61,240 nt of DNA. It comes from Octopus bimaculoides (taxonomy: Eukaryota). Shown in pieces: positions 13,081 to 26,017 of the stretch. The stretch's first letter is position 1; each line of letters opens with the position of its first letter. The notes beneath the pieces were generated by a model. It ran no database searches, was not told where the DNA came from, and worked only from the letters and a program-made list of their open reading frames with translations. Both the position numbers and the translations under genes were made by a program. Location: contig NC_068983.1 of the NCBI RefSeq assembly GCF_001194135.2, positions 152,426,945 to 152,488,184 on the forward strand, written 5' to 3'.

Positions 13081-13282
13081 CTCCTTTCTGCTATAGGCTT
13101 GAATTTTTGTGGGGAAGGGGACAATCGATCACATTGAACACAGTACTTGACTGGTACTTTATTTAGGGAACGCGAAAGGATGAAAAGCAAAGTCGACCTC
13201 GGCGGAATTTGATCTCAGAATGTAGCGACAGATAAAATACTGCTAAGTATTTCGCCCGGCGAGCTAACGATTCTGTAGCTCG
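13081..13282 (-). mobile_element. S1 SINE
   Basis: Reverse complement of head, core and tail A. Confidence 0.85.
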
Positions 13283-13289
13283 AATAATC

Positions 13290-13317
13290 ATCATCATCAT
13301 AGTAGTAGTAGTAGTAG

Positions 13318-13365
<48 letters not shown>

Positions 13366-13388
13366 CGACGATGATGACGACGATGATG

Positions 13389-13441
<53 letters not shown>
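13290..13441. repeat. Compound (TAG)/(GAT)/(AAT) microsatellite
   Basis: Read directly. Confidence 0.95.
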
Positions 13442-13870
13442 CACATTGCACTCCTCTGGAACTTCACCATTCAAACTGACNNNNNNNNNNNNNNNNNNNN
13501 NNNNNNNNNNNNNNNNNNNNNNNNNNNNNNNNNNNNNNNNNNNNNNNNNNNNNNNNNNNNNNNNNNNNNNNNNNNNNNNNNNNNNNNNNNNNNNNNNNNN
13601 NNNNNNNNNNNNNNNNNNNNNNNNNNNNNNNNNNNNNNNNNNNNNNNNNNNNNNNNNNNNNNNNNNNNNNNNNNNNNNNNNNNNNNNNNNNNNNNNNNNN
13701 NNNNNNNNNNNNNNNNNNNNNNNNNNNNNNNNNNNNNNNNNNNNNNNNNNNNNNNNNNNNNNNNNNNNNNNNNNNNNNNNNNNNNNNNNNNNNNNNNNNN
13801 NNNNNNNNNNNNNNNNNNNNNNNNNNNNNNNNNNNNNNNNNNNNNNNNNNNNNNNNNNNNNNNNNNNNNA

Positions 13871-14133
13871 AGTCCAAAAGATAGTGCTCATGGGAACTGC
13901 CCATATCCTACGTAAAATATTGTCTATGTGATCTCAAATTTTAAAGCAAACATAATTTTCTTATGGTTTCTTAAACATTCACTTGAACAAAACTGTACAA
14001 ATCCAAATATATGGTACCCTAGGCATAACACCTACATGAACTTCTAACTTGTTGTCTCTTGAGGTCTCTGGGTGAGACTTGGATCCAACTTGTACAAATG
14101 CAAAACAAAAGTCAAACATAAAATAATAATAAT
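13871..14133 (+). mobile_element. R4/Dong-like LINE 3' end (subfamily E)
   Basis: VQKIVLMGTAHILRKILSM* then a 3'UTR ending AAAAGTCAAACATAAAATAATAAT; the C-terminus matches the copy ending at 53987. Confidence 0.85.
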
Positions 14134-14145
14134 AATAATAATAAA

Positions 14146-15219
14146 TACAGAGACTGCATATGCCTAGAAACAGTGGCAGAAGGGGATGCAAGTTTTGTGT
14201 TGTCAACGAGAAGAACAATCTGGGATGGTACATCGAACAGCAGAGTGAATCCTTGCTTGCCGCTATTAGAATTAACAATACAATTCCTACCGAAAATGCA
14301 CTCAAAAACATTTAAGAAACAAGGTGAAGAAGAAAGAGTAAACAAGTGGAAAATAAAACCACCGCAAGGGCAATACCTCAGAGAAATTGATGGAAAAGAC
14401 TAGGTCAACAATTCGAGATGGCTAAGAAAAAATGATCTGAAAGGATACACTGAGGCATTTATACGCAGCGCCAAGGAACAAGTTGTGAGAACTAATAACA
14501 CCAAGTTCCAAATAGATAAGAGCAGCGAATCGCTCCTTTGTAGGATGTGTAGCGGGAGAAACAAAACACTCTCACATATTGTGAATGAGTGTAGCAAGCT
14601 GGCCCAAAAGGAGGTGCGATAACGTCGCTAAGTTCGTCCACTGATGGCTATGTGAAACGTACGGCCTGAACAAAGCACCGAAATGTTAGAAAAAGTCACG
14701 TCACTGAGAACAAGGATTATAAGATACTGAGGGATTTTACAGTCCAGTGTGACTCCCTAATCGAGTCTCGGAGACCAGATATTGTTGTGGTAGATGAGGG
14801 AGAAAGAAAACCAAGATCGTAGATATTGCAATACCTGGAGATGCACGCATAAGTCACAAGAAACAACTAGAAAAGATTGAAAAGTACAGACTATTAGAAG
14901 ACGAAATTGCGAGAATGTGGACTATATGGAGGGTGTCTATTACTCCAGTAGTTGTAGGGGCAATCGGAGCACTAACAACCAAGTTCGAGGAATATGTCAG
15001 AGAAATCGGAATTGACATGAGAGCAGAGGAAGCCCCACCAAACTGCTCTGCAGGGGACAGCTAGAATTTTGAGATTGTTACTTGGATGTTGAATGTCTCC
15101 CACGATAATCAACAACCAAGTATCAAAGAGACCCTGTGAGACCTCTGACTGTAAGCTGTCGTCCGCTCTCACAGAATCTACCAGAACCAGCAAGACTGAA
15201 CGTTCTGAGAAGTAAACCA
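14146..15219 (+). mobile_element. R4/Dong-like LINE, 5'-truncated, with CCHC knuckle and restriction-like endonuclease (subfamily B)
   Basis: QGQYLREIDG..WLRKNDLKGYTEAFI..CRMCSGRNKTLSHIVNECSKLAQKE..ESRRPDIVVVDE..IVDIAIPGDARI..EKIEKYRLL..PVVVGAIGAL; stops and frameshifts; ends in (AAT)n. Confidence 0.9.
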
Positions 15220-15245
15220 ATAATAACAATCATAACAATAATAAT

Positions 15246-15278
<33 letters not shown>

Positions 15279-15480
15279 CAAGGGGAATATAAAGGTAATT
15301 GGAATAGAGTGCCCACTAGAACAGTTACAGAAGATTTACTTCTTTGGCACGGCCAGAAAAATCAGGGAAGTATTAGATAGCGGAAAAGAACGAATAGCAT
15401 GGTACCGTAAGCTGCAGGTAGTAAGCCCGCTACGCATGCAAGACTCCGGGAGCTCCAACAAAACCTGTGATAAAGAGAAA
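15279..15480 (+). mobile_element. R4/Dong-like LINE short 3' fragment (subfamily C)
   Basis: KGNIKVIGIECPLEQLQKIYFFGTARKIREVLD; flanked by (AAT)n on both sides. Confidence 0.85.
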
Positions 15481-15492
15481 TAATAATAATAA

Positions 15493-15571
<79 letters not shown>

Positions 15572-15779
15572 AAAGACGGGAGTGGTATGGCCCAGTAGTA
15601 GAGGCTGTCCGTAGAATCTTCTTTTATGGTCAAGTGACCTAAAAGTGCCCTGATGTGGTTGTAGCTATAGTGGTAGGAACTTTGTAAATAAATTCATGGG
15701 CAGCAACTATTCTGAATATTTCGTTTTTAATATTTACGTGAGTATTATTGTAAGATCCTTGTAGTAGTGTCATCAGTGG

Positions 15780-16560
15780 TGGAAGTATTCAAAAGAGGTT
15801 TATATTTTGCGATTAAATATGATACTTTGCTAATGCGCTGATTATAGGTTGCATTGTCTCTAAATTTATAGAGGGGAAAAATTCTAAGTTGGGTTGTTCA
15901 TTAGTGACGCAAATGTCGATGTGCTCTCTTAATGCTATTTTTCTATATTCTTGCATTTTAATCTGTGGTCTATGTACGGTCATCCTCTAGCATAGACTGT
16001 TTTTAGTTTGACCAATGCATTGCTCTCGACACCCTGAGCAAGTTAACACATGTCAGGTTTTCTAAAGCACATGTGAGGTTGTTTTTCACTGTAAAACGTT
16101 GACCCTGTTTGAAGGAGACCTTTGATCCCTCAATTAGGTCTTTCGCATTATTTACTGTCTGTTTCGATGCTGTTGACGAGTGTACTTGGACTTTTGTTAG
16201 GAGAATTTTCATTGGGTTGTCTTTTGCTCTTAAAGACGGAGTGCGTTTAGAGGATTTGATTCATTCTATGGTCCCTTTTTTATTAAAGGAATATTCTGGA
16301 GGGTGGTGCTGAAGGCCTCATTGTTTAAGGGGTTGTGTCTGGATATGTATGGTAGGGCTTTTGGTTATAATTCATTCTTTAGTTCGGGATATCAATTAGT
16401 GATAGTGGGTAATTCCTGCTGGTGAGTGTCTCCTTTAGGTCATGTAGTTATGTGTTCCTGGTACTCGTATCAGAATCTATAGTACAAATCCTTTTTACCA
16501 GGTTGAAGGGATATTCATTCTTGTGTATCTGGGGTGGGATGAGTTGAACGGTAGCTATTG
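15780..16560 (-). mobile_element. Penelope-like element relic (post-RT linker plus GIY-YIG)
   Basis: Minus translations YPFNLVKRICTIDSD..LHDLKETLTSRNYPLSLID and ENLTCV/TCSGCREQCIGQTKNSLC*RMTVHRPQIK..ALREHIDIC. Confidence 0.8.
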
Positions 16561-16744
16561 CTTGTAGAATCAGCCCATACATACATATACATAGTCGTTC
16601 ACATATACATCTATATACATACTAACACACACACATTCTCTGCGTTATATATATATATATACACACACATGTAAATATAAGTATACATGTATACAGAAGC
16701 ATGTATATATATGCATATATATATACATATATGTGTGTGTGTCT

Positions 16745-16935
16745 GTGTTTGTACCCCCACCATCGCTTGACAACCGATGTTGGTGTGTTTACGCCGTAAA
16801 TTAGCGGTTTAGCAAAAATCACCGATAGAATAAGTACTAAGCTTACAAAGAATAAATACTAGAGTCGATTTCTTCGACTAAAGGCGGTGCTCCATCATGG
16901 CTGCAGTCACATGACAGAAAGAAGTAGAACAAAAT
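16745..16935 (+). mobile_element. S2 SINE 3' half
   Basis: CATCGCTTGACAACCGATGTTGGTGTGTTTACG...GACTAAAGGCGGTGCTCC. Confidence 0.85.
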
Positions 16936-17020
16936 AAAACTATGCTATTTTAATCCCAGGCAACCACGTGTATCTCTGTTAGTATATACATAGACATACA
17001 TACATACACTCACACACACA

Positions 17021-17080
<60 letters not shown>

Positions 17081-17082
<2 letters not shown>

Positions 17083-18540
17083 AGGTGGAGGAGAGAGGAC
17101 GGACGTTTTTGAAATGATTATTACTCAACTCCAGGGGGACGGATATATGTACGACAGGTACTATTCGGTTCGGTTAAGCCATGGCGCTGTGGACGACAGT
17201 TACGTGAAGAATAACGAGTCTGTCACTGCAGTTCGGCATGAATTTCAGCACCACTTTAACATTCACCGAAATCAAGTTGTTCCCACCCGTAACACAATTT
17301 CACGTTGGGTGAATGCACTTCGTACACGAGGTACACTAATAAATATGAGACTGGTGGTGGTGCCACGTACGTACGGTCATCGGAAAATGTGGAACGTGTC
17401 AGACATGCTTTGATACGGAGTCCGAATTGTCGCTCTGCTCAGAGGCAATCTACTGAACTTGGCATCGGTGATCGATCGATAAGGCGTATTTTGCATGAAG
17501 ACCTGAATTTCCACTCGTGCAAATTAGTTATTGAGCAGCAGTTGAAACCATAAGTGGCGAGCTGGCAGAAACGTTAGCACGCCGGGCAAAATGCTTAGCG
17601 GTATTTCGTCTGCCGCTACGTTCTGAGTTCAAATTCCGCCGAGGTCGACTTTGCCTTTCATCCTTTCGGGGTCGATAAATTAAGTACCAGTTGCGCACAA
17701 GGATCAATGTAATCGACTCTGTCTGTTCTTGTTTGTCCCCTCTATGTTTAGCCCCTTGCGGGCAATACAGAATTAAGAACCCATAGGACTATGCATAGCG
17801 GCTTAATTTTTGAGGTAAATGACAATTTCATGAGTGATGAAGCTCATTTTCATTTCAATGGCATGGGGAATCAACAGAATTGTCGGTACTGGGCTCTGGA
17901 AAATCCGAGAGAACTGCACGAAAATCCACTGCACAGCCCAAAAGTGACGGTTTGGTGTTCTGTTGGAAAAGCTGCCATCATCCGTCCTTACTTATTTGAA
18001 GACAATAATGGAAATGCTGTGACTGTGAACGCCTAGTGTTACACCCAGATGATAAGCAAGTTCTTTGTGCCTAAATTACGATGAAAACTTATGCCTATTT
18101 GACGTGTGTGGTTTCAGCAGGATGGAGCAACGGCCTACACAGCCAGAGCATCCAATGAACGTACTTCACCCTCTCAGATTTGCTGACATTTATTGGCCCC
18201 ATTCGGTTGCCTGATTGGTCCATGTGTGATTATTTCTTGAGGGGAAACCTTAAGTCAGGTGTGTATGCGCATAAGCCACATACTTTGTACGATTTGAAGG
18301 AAGCTATTCGCGTGGAAGTGGCCCAAATCGACAGAGCAATGCTGGAGAGAGTGGAGGCCAGCTTCCCTGAACGCCTTCAGAAATGCATCAATGAAAACGG
18401 ACACCCTATGATGGATGTTATTTTCCGCACTTGATTTCAACAAATGCTAATTCAATACGAATCCATTGATGTCAATTTGTTTGCTGCTAAAATTAATAAT
18501 TTTGTGAATATTTCGAAAACTCCCGTCCTCTCTGCTCCTG
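17081..18540 (+). mobile_element. Tc1/mariner transposon relic (DDD transposase pseudogene) with degenerate TIRs
   Basis: TIRs 17081-17115 and 18510-18540 share AGAGAGGACGG..GTTTT.GAAAT; TA flanks. Peptides ESVTAVRHEFQHHFNI, PTRNTISRWV, SDEAHFHFNG, HSPKVTVWC, WFQQDGATAYT, CDYFLRGNLKSGVY; many stops. Confidence 0.9.
17555..17776 (+). mobile_element. S1 SINE (tail B) inserted in the mariner transposase
   Basis: Near-consensus head and core; degenerate TSD GAAACCATAAG (17544-17554) / GAACCCATAGG (17777-17787). Confidence 0.9.
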
Positions 18541-18570
18541 TATATCATCACTTCGAGACTAAGCAGCCGG

Positions 18571-18652
18571 ACCCTGATGAAGCTATACCGATAATATTGC
18601 AAGGTTGCATTTGCAACAGTAAATAGTCGGTGGAGCAGAAACACGTGTCGGT
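18571..18652 (+). ncRNA. Minimal type-I hammerhead ribozyme motif (Penelope pLTR type)
   Basis: ACC-CTGATGA-A-[GCTATACCGA...TCGGTGGAGC stem II]-A-GAAAC-ACGT-GTC|GGT. The core CUGANGA/GAAA, GUC triplet, palindromic stem III and 3-bp stem I are all visible. Confidence 0.65.
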
Positions 18653-18797
18653 AATTATAATATACTGTATATAACTTTAAAATGAATTTTGTGAATGTAA
18701 AAGTCTCCATACTCTTTTTCCTTCTTAATATATATAAAGATATCTATATATATGTATGTATGTTTATCTATACACACGCACGCGCGCGCACACACAT

Positions 18798-18860
<63 letters not shown>

Positions 18861-20155
18861 GACATATATGTATATATTTATGTAAGCGTATGTATGAATA
18901 TATGTGTATCAGATGATGCCATTTTCATTTTGATTGTTTCCTAGGGAATATAAGTTGGGGTACTTAAATACAGGCTAATAATTGTATTGTAGATTAACAC
19001 AGAAAAACAGACACCCAAACACTCACAAACACACTCACGAACTCACATATACACATACATATGTGTATGTGTGTGTGTGTACACTTCTGTGCGCGTATGT
19101 GTGTGTCTTGAGCCTGTATTTGTGTGGAATTGGTGACTATCTTGTTTGCCAGTAATTTTACCATCACCCTCTTTCTATCTGTTTCTCTTTCTCTCTCTTT
19201 GTCACTGTTAATCTCCCACTTTCACTCAAACTTCCTGTTTATTTAAATATTTATGTAAACGCGTGTATGGCAATTTGCTATATTTGGTTTCCACTGCTTA
19301 TTCTGTTTCTGTTACTGCCTCAACATCTCTTTCATTATGTCTTTGCTTTCGTTTATTTTTTATTTACTTATATATATTTATACGTGAATATTCATTTCTA
19401 TACATTTTTATTGGATGATTTTTTTTCTGTATTAATATTTATCATTCCTATTGAATTTCTTCTATTTTTTGTGTTGTTAATATATTGGGCCTCTTTCAGC
19501 TGTTTATTTTATTTCTATTATCAGTTATCTCACCATAATAGTCAGTTCCGCGTGTGATTTGATAAGGGCTGAAGCAATTTGATGGTCCGGAATTTTACAG
19601 TTTATTTTCTACAGATGACTTGATTTAAGGATGCATCGCCAGGAAAAATAGAAATGAGAACAGACAACAAATAAAATAAGAGAGCGCTGAAAGGAAAAAC
19701 GATTGGTGAAATTTTGGCAACAATTTCAATAAACGAATATTGTAAATGCTTCTCAAACTGCTGACTGCTGTATGGCCTTCTGCTGATGTTAGATTTCATT
19801 AAGAAATCATTATTATTGAAAATGAAAAAAAAAAAAAGACACTTATTATTANNNNNNNNNNNNNNNNNNNNNNNNNNNNNNNNNNNNNNNNNNNNNNNNN
19901 NNNNNNNNNNNNNNNNNNNNNNNNNNNNNNNNNNNNNNNNNNNNNNNNNNNNNNNNNNNNNNNNNNNNNNNNNNNNNNNNNNNNNNNNNNNNNNNNNNNN
20001 NNNNNNNNNNNNNNNNNNNNNNNNNNNNNNNNNNNNNNNNNNNNNNNNNNNNNNNNNNNNNNNNNNNNNNNNNNNNNNNNNNNNNNNNNNNNNNNNNNNN
20101 NNNNNNNNNNNNNNNNNNNNNNNNNNNNNNNNNNNNNNNNNNNNNNNNNNNNNNN

Positions 20156-20190
<35 letters not shown>

Positions 20191-20194
20191 CTGT

Positions 20195-20410
20195 GTATGC
20201 GTGTTTGTGTTTGTCCCCCAACATCGCTTGACAACCAATGGTGGTGTGTTTACGTCCTCGTAACTTAGCGGTTCGGCAAGAAAGACCGATAGAATAAGTA
20301 CTAGGCATCCAAAGAATAAGTCCTGGGGTCGATTTACTCGACTAAAGGCGGTGCTCCAGCATGGCCACAGTCAAATGACTGAAACAAGTAAAAGAGTAAA
20401 AGAGTATTAA
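20195..20410 (+). mobile_element. S2 SINE 3' half
   Basis: Near-consensus, ending GAAACAAGTAAAAGAGTAAAAGAG. Confidence 0.9.
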
Positions 20411-22914
20411 GTACTAATGTAGATTCAGTCAACTTCCTCCCCCTCTCAAAAGCTGTTTTTCCCTTGCCAAAATTTGAAGCAAGAAGAAGAAGAGGAGGAG
20501 GAGGAGGAAGAAGAAGAAGAAGGAGAAGAGCAACAACAACAGCAACAATAAGAATGTGGCGCTGTTGCAAATTCAAAAATCCATAAATGGTATGAATGCT
20601 TGAAAAATTTTCGGGCGATGCCGATGAGAATTTAAGTAAACTATATAAGGTAATGTCAATAAATCAAAAGAGAAATCATATTGTATTACTTAAGTTGTTT
20701 AATGAGCCTATTACGTTTAAGTAATTTCTATCTTGCATTTGGAGAGGTGATTCGAACCCGAAATATTAGAGGACTGTTAAAGAACTTATGTAAGTTACTA
20801 CAGTATCTTCTCTCTTTTCGTTTTTCATTTCTTGACATCACTCTACATATTTTGCCAAAATTATCACCTACCTTGTTCAAAGGATTTTGAAACACTTATA
20901 TCATAGGCAAACATTGCTATGCTTCAAGCAAATTACGATACTCTCTTAAAATTTATTATTTCAATTGTCTTCGCTTGCAAAAACACTTCAAACAGAATAC
21001 ATAACCATCTTACCTCGGTGATAAAAACTGTCAAGCTTTTTGTTTATTTTTATTCCGACTCCCAACACCCCTAGCCATATTAGGTTACAGATCATACTGA
21101 TATACGTGCTAGTATTGTGAAGCAGCAGCACAATGATACACTCTCTCGATATTAACGGAATTCATTAAAGTTCATAACAATAATTCTGTCATATATTATT
21201 TGATTATTCTTTCATAATTTATAAATCATATTGAGTTAATCATTTAAGTTTTGTAATAACATATAAATCTCCAGCTAAAAGCCACAAAGGGTTAAAAATA
21301 TTTAAGCTAACAGTATATATTCAATTTTTTTTTTTTGAAAAATTCATTAGTTTGGCTCAAGACCAAAACGTTGGGAATTTTAGTTTGAATCAATGCCAGT
21401 ACAAACTGTTGCATATTTCATCAGGGCTAATAATACTTATCTATGACTTTATCAATAGTGTCATTCTTTTTTTTCCAAATTGAAACATGAATTCAGACAG
21501 TTACATTCAGTTACTACATAGTTCATTAACATTTCATTGAAACTAATGGCAACTTCGGACAAAGAAGAAAGGCCGAGAGAAACCCTTATTTAAAGCCTTT
21601 CTCTTTTCAATCTACAACTGAATACAAATCAATTACGCGAGAATAAAATAGAAATTATTTTTACAACAATGATGTACAATTTGCGAGAGATTTTGCTGTC
21701 ATAGGTAGCAGCCAAATAATATTCAAATTATGCATTACTCATTGAAAAGCAAGAAAAGAGAGATTAGACAGGTTGGTCACCGATGAACATAAGAGGAAGT
21801 GGTCATATCTCTAATATCTGTCCTCGTAAATCTTTCCAATAAGGTTCGATGTAGGCTATGCAATAACAACTCTGCATCTCATTAACATCACATATATGTT
21901 ACACGATGGCTTAAAAAATAACAAAACCATCAACACACAACATTCGACATTAGCATACATTTTATCCTCTTTACAAACATCCCACAAATAACCACCTTAC
22001 AAAGAGGTTAAAATCCGGGCCTCTAAGACAAAGTATATAATGGTAGTAAGTACATAATTGAAGATTAGTGCTTATATATTTAATGTCATGTGAAAAATGG
22101 TTGAATTTGTAAAGATACAGTCAGTGCGATGAAAAAGATAAACGGGTTAATGCTCAAGATAAATAGAGATGACAGCTCGAGATTATCTATAAGTAAAGAT
22201 TAGAATCCCACATGCGAAAAGGGCACGAAAATAGCACAAAACCTAACATAATTAAATCTGAATTTTATTAAATTTGGTGACGGTTCCAGAAATATTTCAG
22301 GCACTCTGGACCTTCACGAAATAGTTTTGTCACTTCTATACTTGCCAAACCGGTGATAAAAGGATGACTGTAAGGAATGTATATTCGTTTATATCAAAAA
22401 TATCGCCCGTAATGTCTGACAAGCGTAAATTTTGACACTTCTCTCACTAACCCTGCTGAGACCGTTTCTATGATAAAACTTGTTTTTAAGTTAGGTAAAT
22501 TAAAATCAACTCTTGAAAATTTCGTGTTATTTTGTTACAAACAACAAATTAATAATGAGAAAATATTGCAGTAATTTCATTATTTTCAAAATTAATTCAT
22601 ATAATGGCAGTGCATTTTAATAGAAATATGGTAACAAAACGGTTTCTCCTGGGAGAAAAATCGTCTTCCTGTAGGTGTTTATATATACTAAAACAGAAAA
22701 CAAGAGATATGGTTACAATATGATGAGTTGATGGAAACGTAAACATTTCATTCAGCTTGGGATGAGTGTGATCATTAAATCCAAATGGCGAATGCAGCGG
22801 ACATGTTCCTTTCTTATTATATTACTTCAGTAAAGAATGTTCTATTCAGACGACTAAGCTAATAGCGTCGATTATTGATAACAACCAGAAGAAAAAATAC
22901 AACATAATAATAAT

Positions 22915-23095
22915 AAGAAGAATTGTCGAAGCCCTGGGAACAGGAAGCAAAAATCTTGAGAAGTAAATGGAACAAATAAGGGCTGCAACAAGGGTGGAGT
23001 ACTTCCAGAAAACAGCACTGCTTGGAATCGCTCGTACACTCCAGATAGTGCTCGAAAAATAAGAGGTGTTACTCTAATAAATAGGAGGTGTTGAT
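22915..23095 (+). mobile_element. R4/Dong-like LINE fragment (subfamily D)
   Basis: IVEALGTGSKNLEK*MEQIRAATRVEYFQKTALLGIARTLQIVLEK*; 3'UTR shortened relative to the 5681 copy. Confidence 0.8.
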
Positions 23096-23125
23096 AATAA
23101 TAGTAATAATAATAATAATAATAAT

Positions 23126-23462
<337 letters not shown>

Positions 23463-24064
23463 GAGCACCATAAACAAACCACAGCACATACCCAAGGCTC
23501 ACAGAGCTGCGCTCGGTAGTGAAGTGAAAGCACGTTATAAAAATAAAACTACTGAACAATAATAATAATAATAATAATAATAATGATAATGTAAAACGCA
23601 ATGCAATTTTCAATAAGGAAAGACATAAATTTTTCTCATTTGATCTAAACAACAGAAACATAAAGTCACCATCATCCAGGAAAAATACATCACGCACGAT
23701 AAATAAAATGCAAATTTTCAGTAGAATATTCTGCTTGCAATCTACACATGAAAGTTGCTAACGACATGGAGGTTGTTGACTTCATAAAAACAGATACTTC
23801 AGTGATAACACTTGTTCTACACTCGAAGGCATTGTAAATGAGATATTTACCAAAATGCTTTACTACTTTGAATAGAACCCGAATATGAAACATTTCATGA
23901 TATTCTATTGAATATTCCGTACGAAATCGACTTGACATGAAAGCGATAATAAAATGTAAAAGATTCAAAATTCTTTAGCTCATAAACATATTCACATAAA
24001 TATTTAGATTTCTGGTATTATGCAACTGATGTGGGTTCTAAGTCAGCCTAGAACAGAATGTGTA

Positions 24065-24212
24065 ATACTGAGTTCAAATTTTGCTGAGGTCGACTTGGCA
24101 TTTCATCCATTCGGGGTCGATGAAATAGGTACCAGTTGAACACTGGGGTCAATGTAATTGATTTACTTCTCCCTGCAAACTTGCTGGCTATGTGCCAAAA
24201 TTTAAGACCCAT
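24065..24212 (+). mobile_element. S1 SINE 5'-truncated (tail C)
   Basis: GAGTTCAAATTTTGCTGAGGTCGACTTGGCATTTCATCCATTCGGGGTCGATG...TGTGCCAAAATTT. Confidence 0.8.
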
Positions 24213-24360
24213 ATTGGAGGTCGAAGGGCAGAAGTTTTATAATCTATGGTTGGCAATGCAGAGTTCTATTGATTGAAACACATGAAACTCAGAGGGTCAG
24301 CTATATTTTCGTGAAGACAACATGCGCATCTAAATGACTCACTCAGTCATTTACGAATTA

Positions 24361-24740
24361 CTCAGGTCAACAATATTTGAAAAGTTGTGTGCTTCTTAAA
24401 TGAAATTAATTAGTTAATTCCATGTCCTGAATCCAAATGTCACCTTGAAAAAATACTTATTACATACAGGCTTAAAGATACACATGTAATATTTGATTAC
24501 TTTCTTATAACGTGCAATATATGACATTATGTTTTAACCTCTAGTCCGTATCTACTCTCTGCTCTTTTGAATGACTCTTGTAGTATAGGCTGAAGAATAA
24601 TCGTTTGCTAATGTCCAGCAATAATCTGCAAGCCTTGTGCAAGCTCCATTTGCGCAGGTACCGCTTTCCCATGTTTGAAATATTTTGGTGAAACCTTTCA
24701 CCATTTACGTCACTAACTGCTCCACAGTTTTGCCAGACAC
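24361..24740 (-). mobile_element. CMC/Chapaev3-like DNA transposon 3' relic
   Basis: Minus translation QNCGAVSDVNGERFHQNISNMGKRYLRKW / LADYCWTL matches the recalled motif GAVSDEHGERFHQDI..ME.RYQG.W...LADYCW. Terminus-like CTCAGGTCAACAAT at 24361. Family name is from memory. Confidence 0.65.
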
Positions 24741-25566
24741 TCTAACGACTTTGCCAATCTACCGTTCTTAGTTATTCATCATAGAGATACAAGGCTAGGA
24801 AATATGAACGGGGAGGATTAGTGGATAACATTGGCCCCAGTCCTTGACAGGTACTTCATTTTATCGGCCCCGAACGGATGGAAGGCAGCATACTCCCGTT
24901 GGGATTTGAATTTAGGAAGTCAAGCGTGGGAAGAAAGAAATACAAGAACGACCCCCCCCCCCACCAAAGGATATAACGGGTCTACTGCAATAGCAGTCTT
25001 TAACTTAGGTACAAGGCCAGCAATTTTCAGAGGTGAGGTATGTCGATTAAATCGTCGAAAACAAACAAGCAAACGAATCAATAACTAAATAACTAAATAA
25101 ATAAATAAGTAAATAAATAGAATTAATGAATAATGTCACGACTGAAAAGCGTTTGACTATATATTTGGCTTTCAAGATCAATATGGAATTGGTGCTAAGC
25201 AAAGATAATAACAACAGCAGTAGTTACTAAGATTTATTCAAACCAACAATGGCGTCCTATTTAGTCAGTATTTAACTGTGTTTCTATCTAATTTCTCTTT
25301 CTTTCTAAAGAAAGAAAATTACAGCAGATTCAACACTAAAACGTCTATTTGCTGATTCTAGGACTTCGAATACTGTTGAATGCTTGGTTAAATCCGCTAT
25401 GTCAACGAACAGTCACATTTTACAATCAGCATTACAGTGGATTTCAATATATATGCAGTTACTTGCGTCAGAGGAGTTTTCGTTATATAAGACAACATGG
25501 ACAATGTATATATTAGCCTTGTCAGACCTGAGAGACCGGAAGGTAATGGTAGTAATATATGCATGC

Positions 25567-25597
<31 letters not shown>

Positions 25598-25798
25598 AAG
25601 TATATATGAACCACGTATCTATAAATGTATACATGTGTGTGTGTTGTACATGCATTCATGCATACATGTATATATGCAAATGCATGCATATATATACACA
25701 CACTATATATATATATATATATAAATATGTATATACGTATATATACATATAAGCATGCCCATGCAATATATACATTACACACACACACACGTACACAG

Positions 25799-25852
<54 letters not shown>

Positions 25853-25972
25853 ACACACATATATACAGAAAGAGAATGAGAGGGAGAAAGCGAGTGATAG
25901 ATGTAGAGTTTGGGAAGTAAACGTATATATGCGCCTGTATTCGCATATTTGTATATGTGTGTGTGTTTGTAG

Positions 25973-26017
<45 letters not shown>

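Noticed and set aside
15700-15780. Minus-strand CTGATGA...GAAATATTC downstream of a PLE relic
   Set aside because: No stem II or stem I pairing found.
21000-22646. piggyBac-like MITE ends (AAAGGGTTAA at 21286-21295; similar near 22640)
   Set aside because: No matching left terminus or TSD pair found, so boundaries are unsupported.
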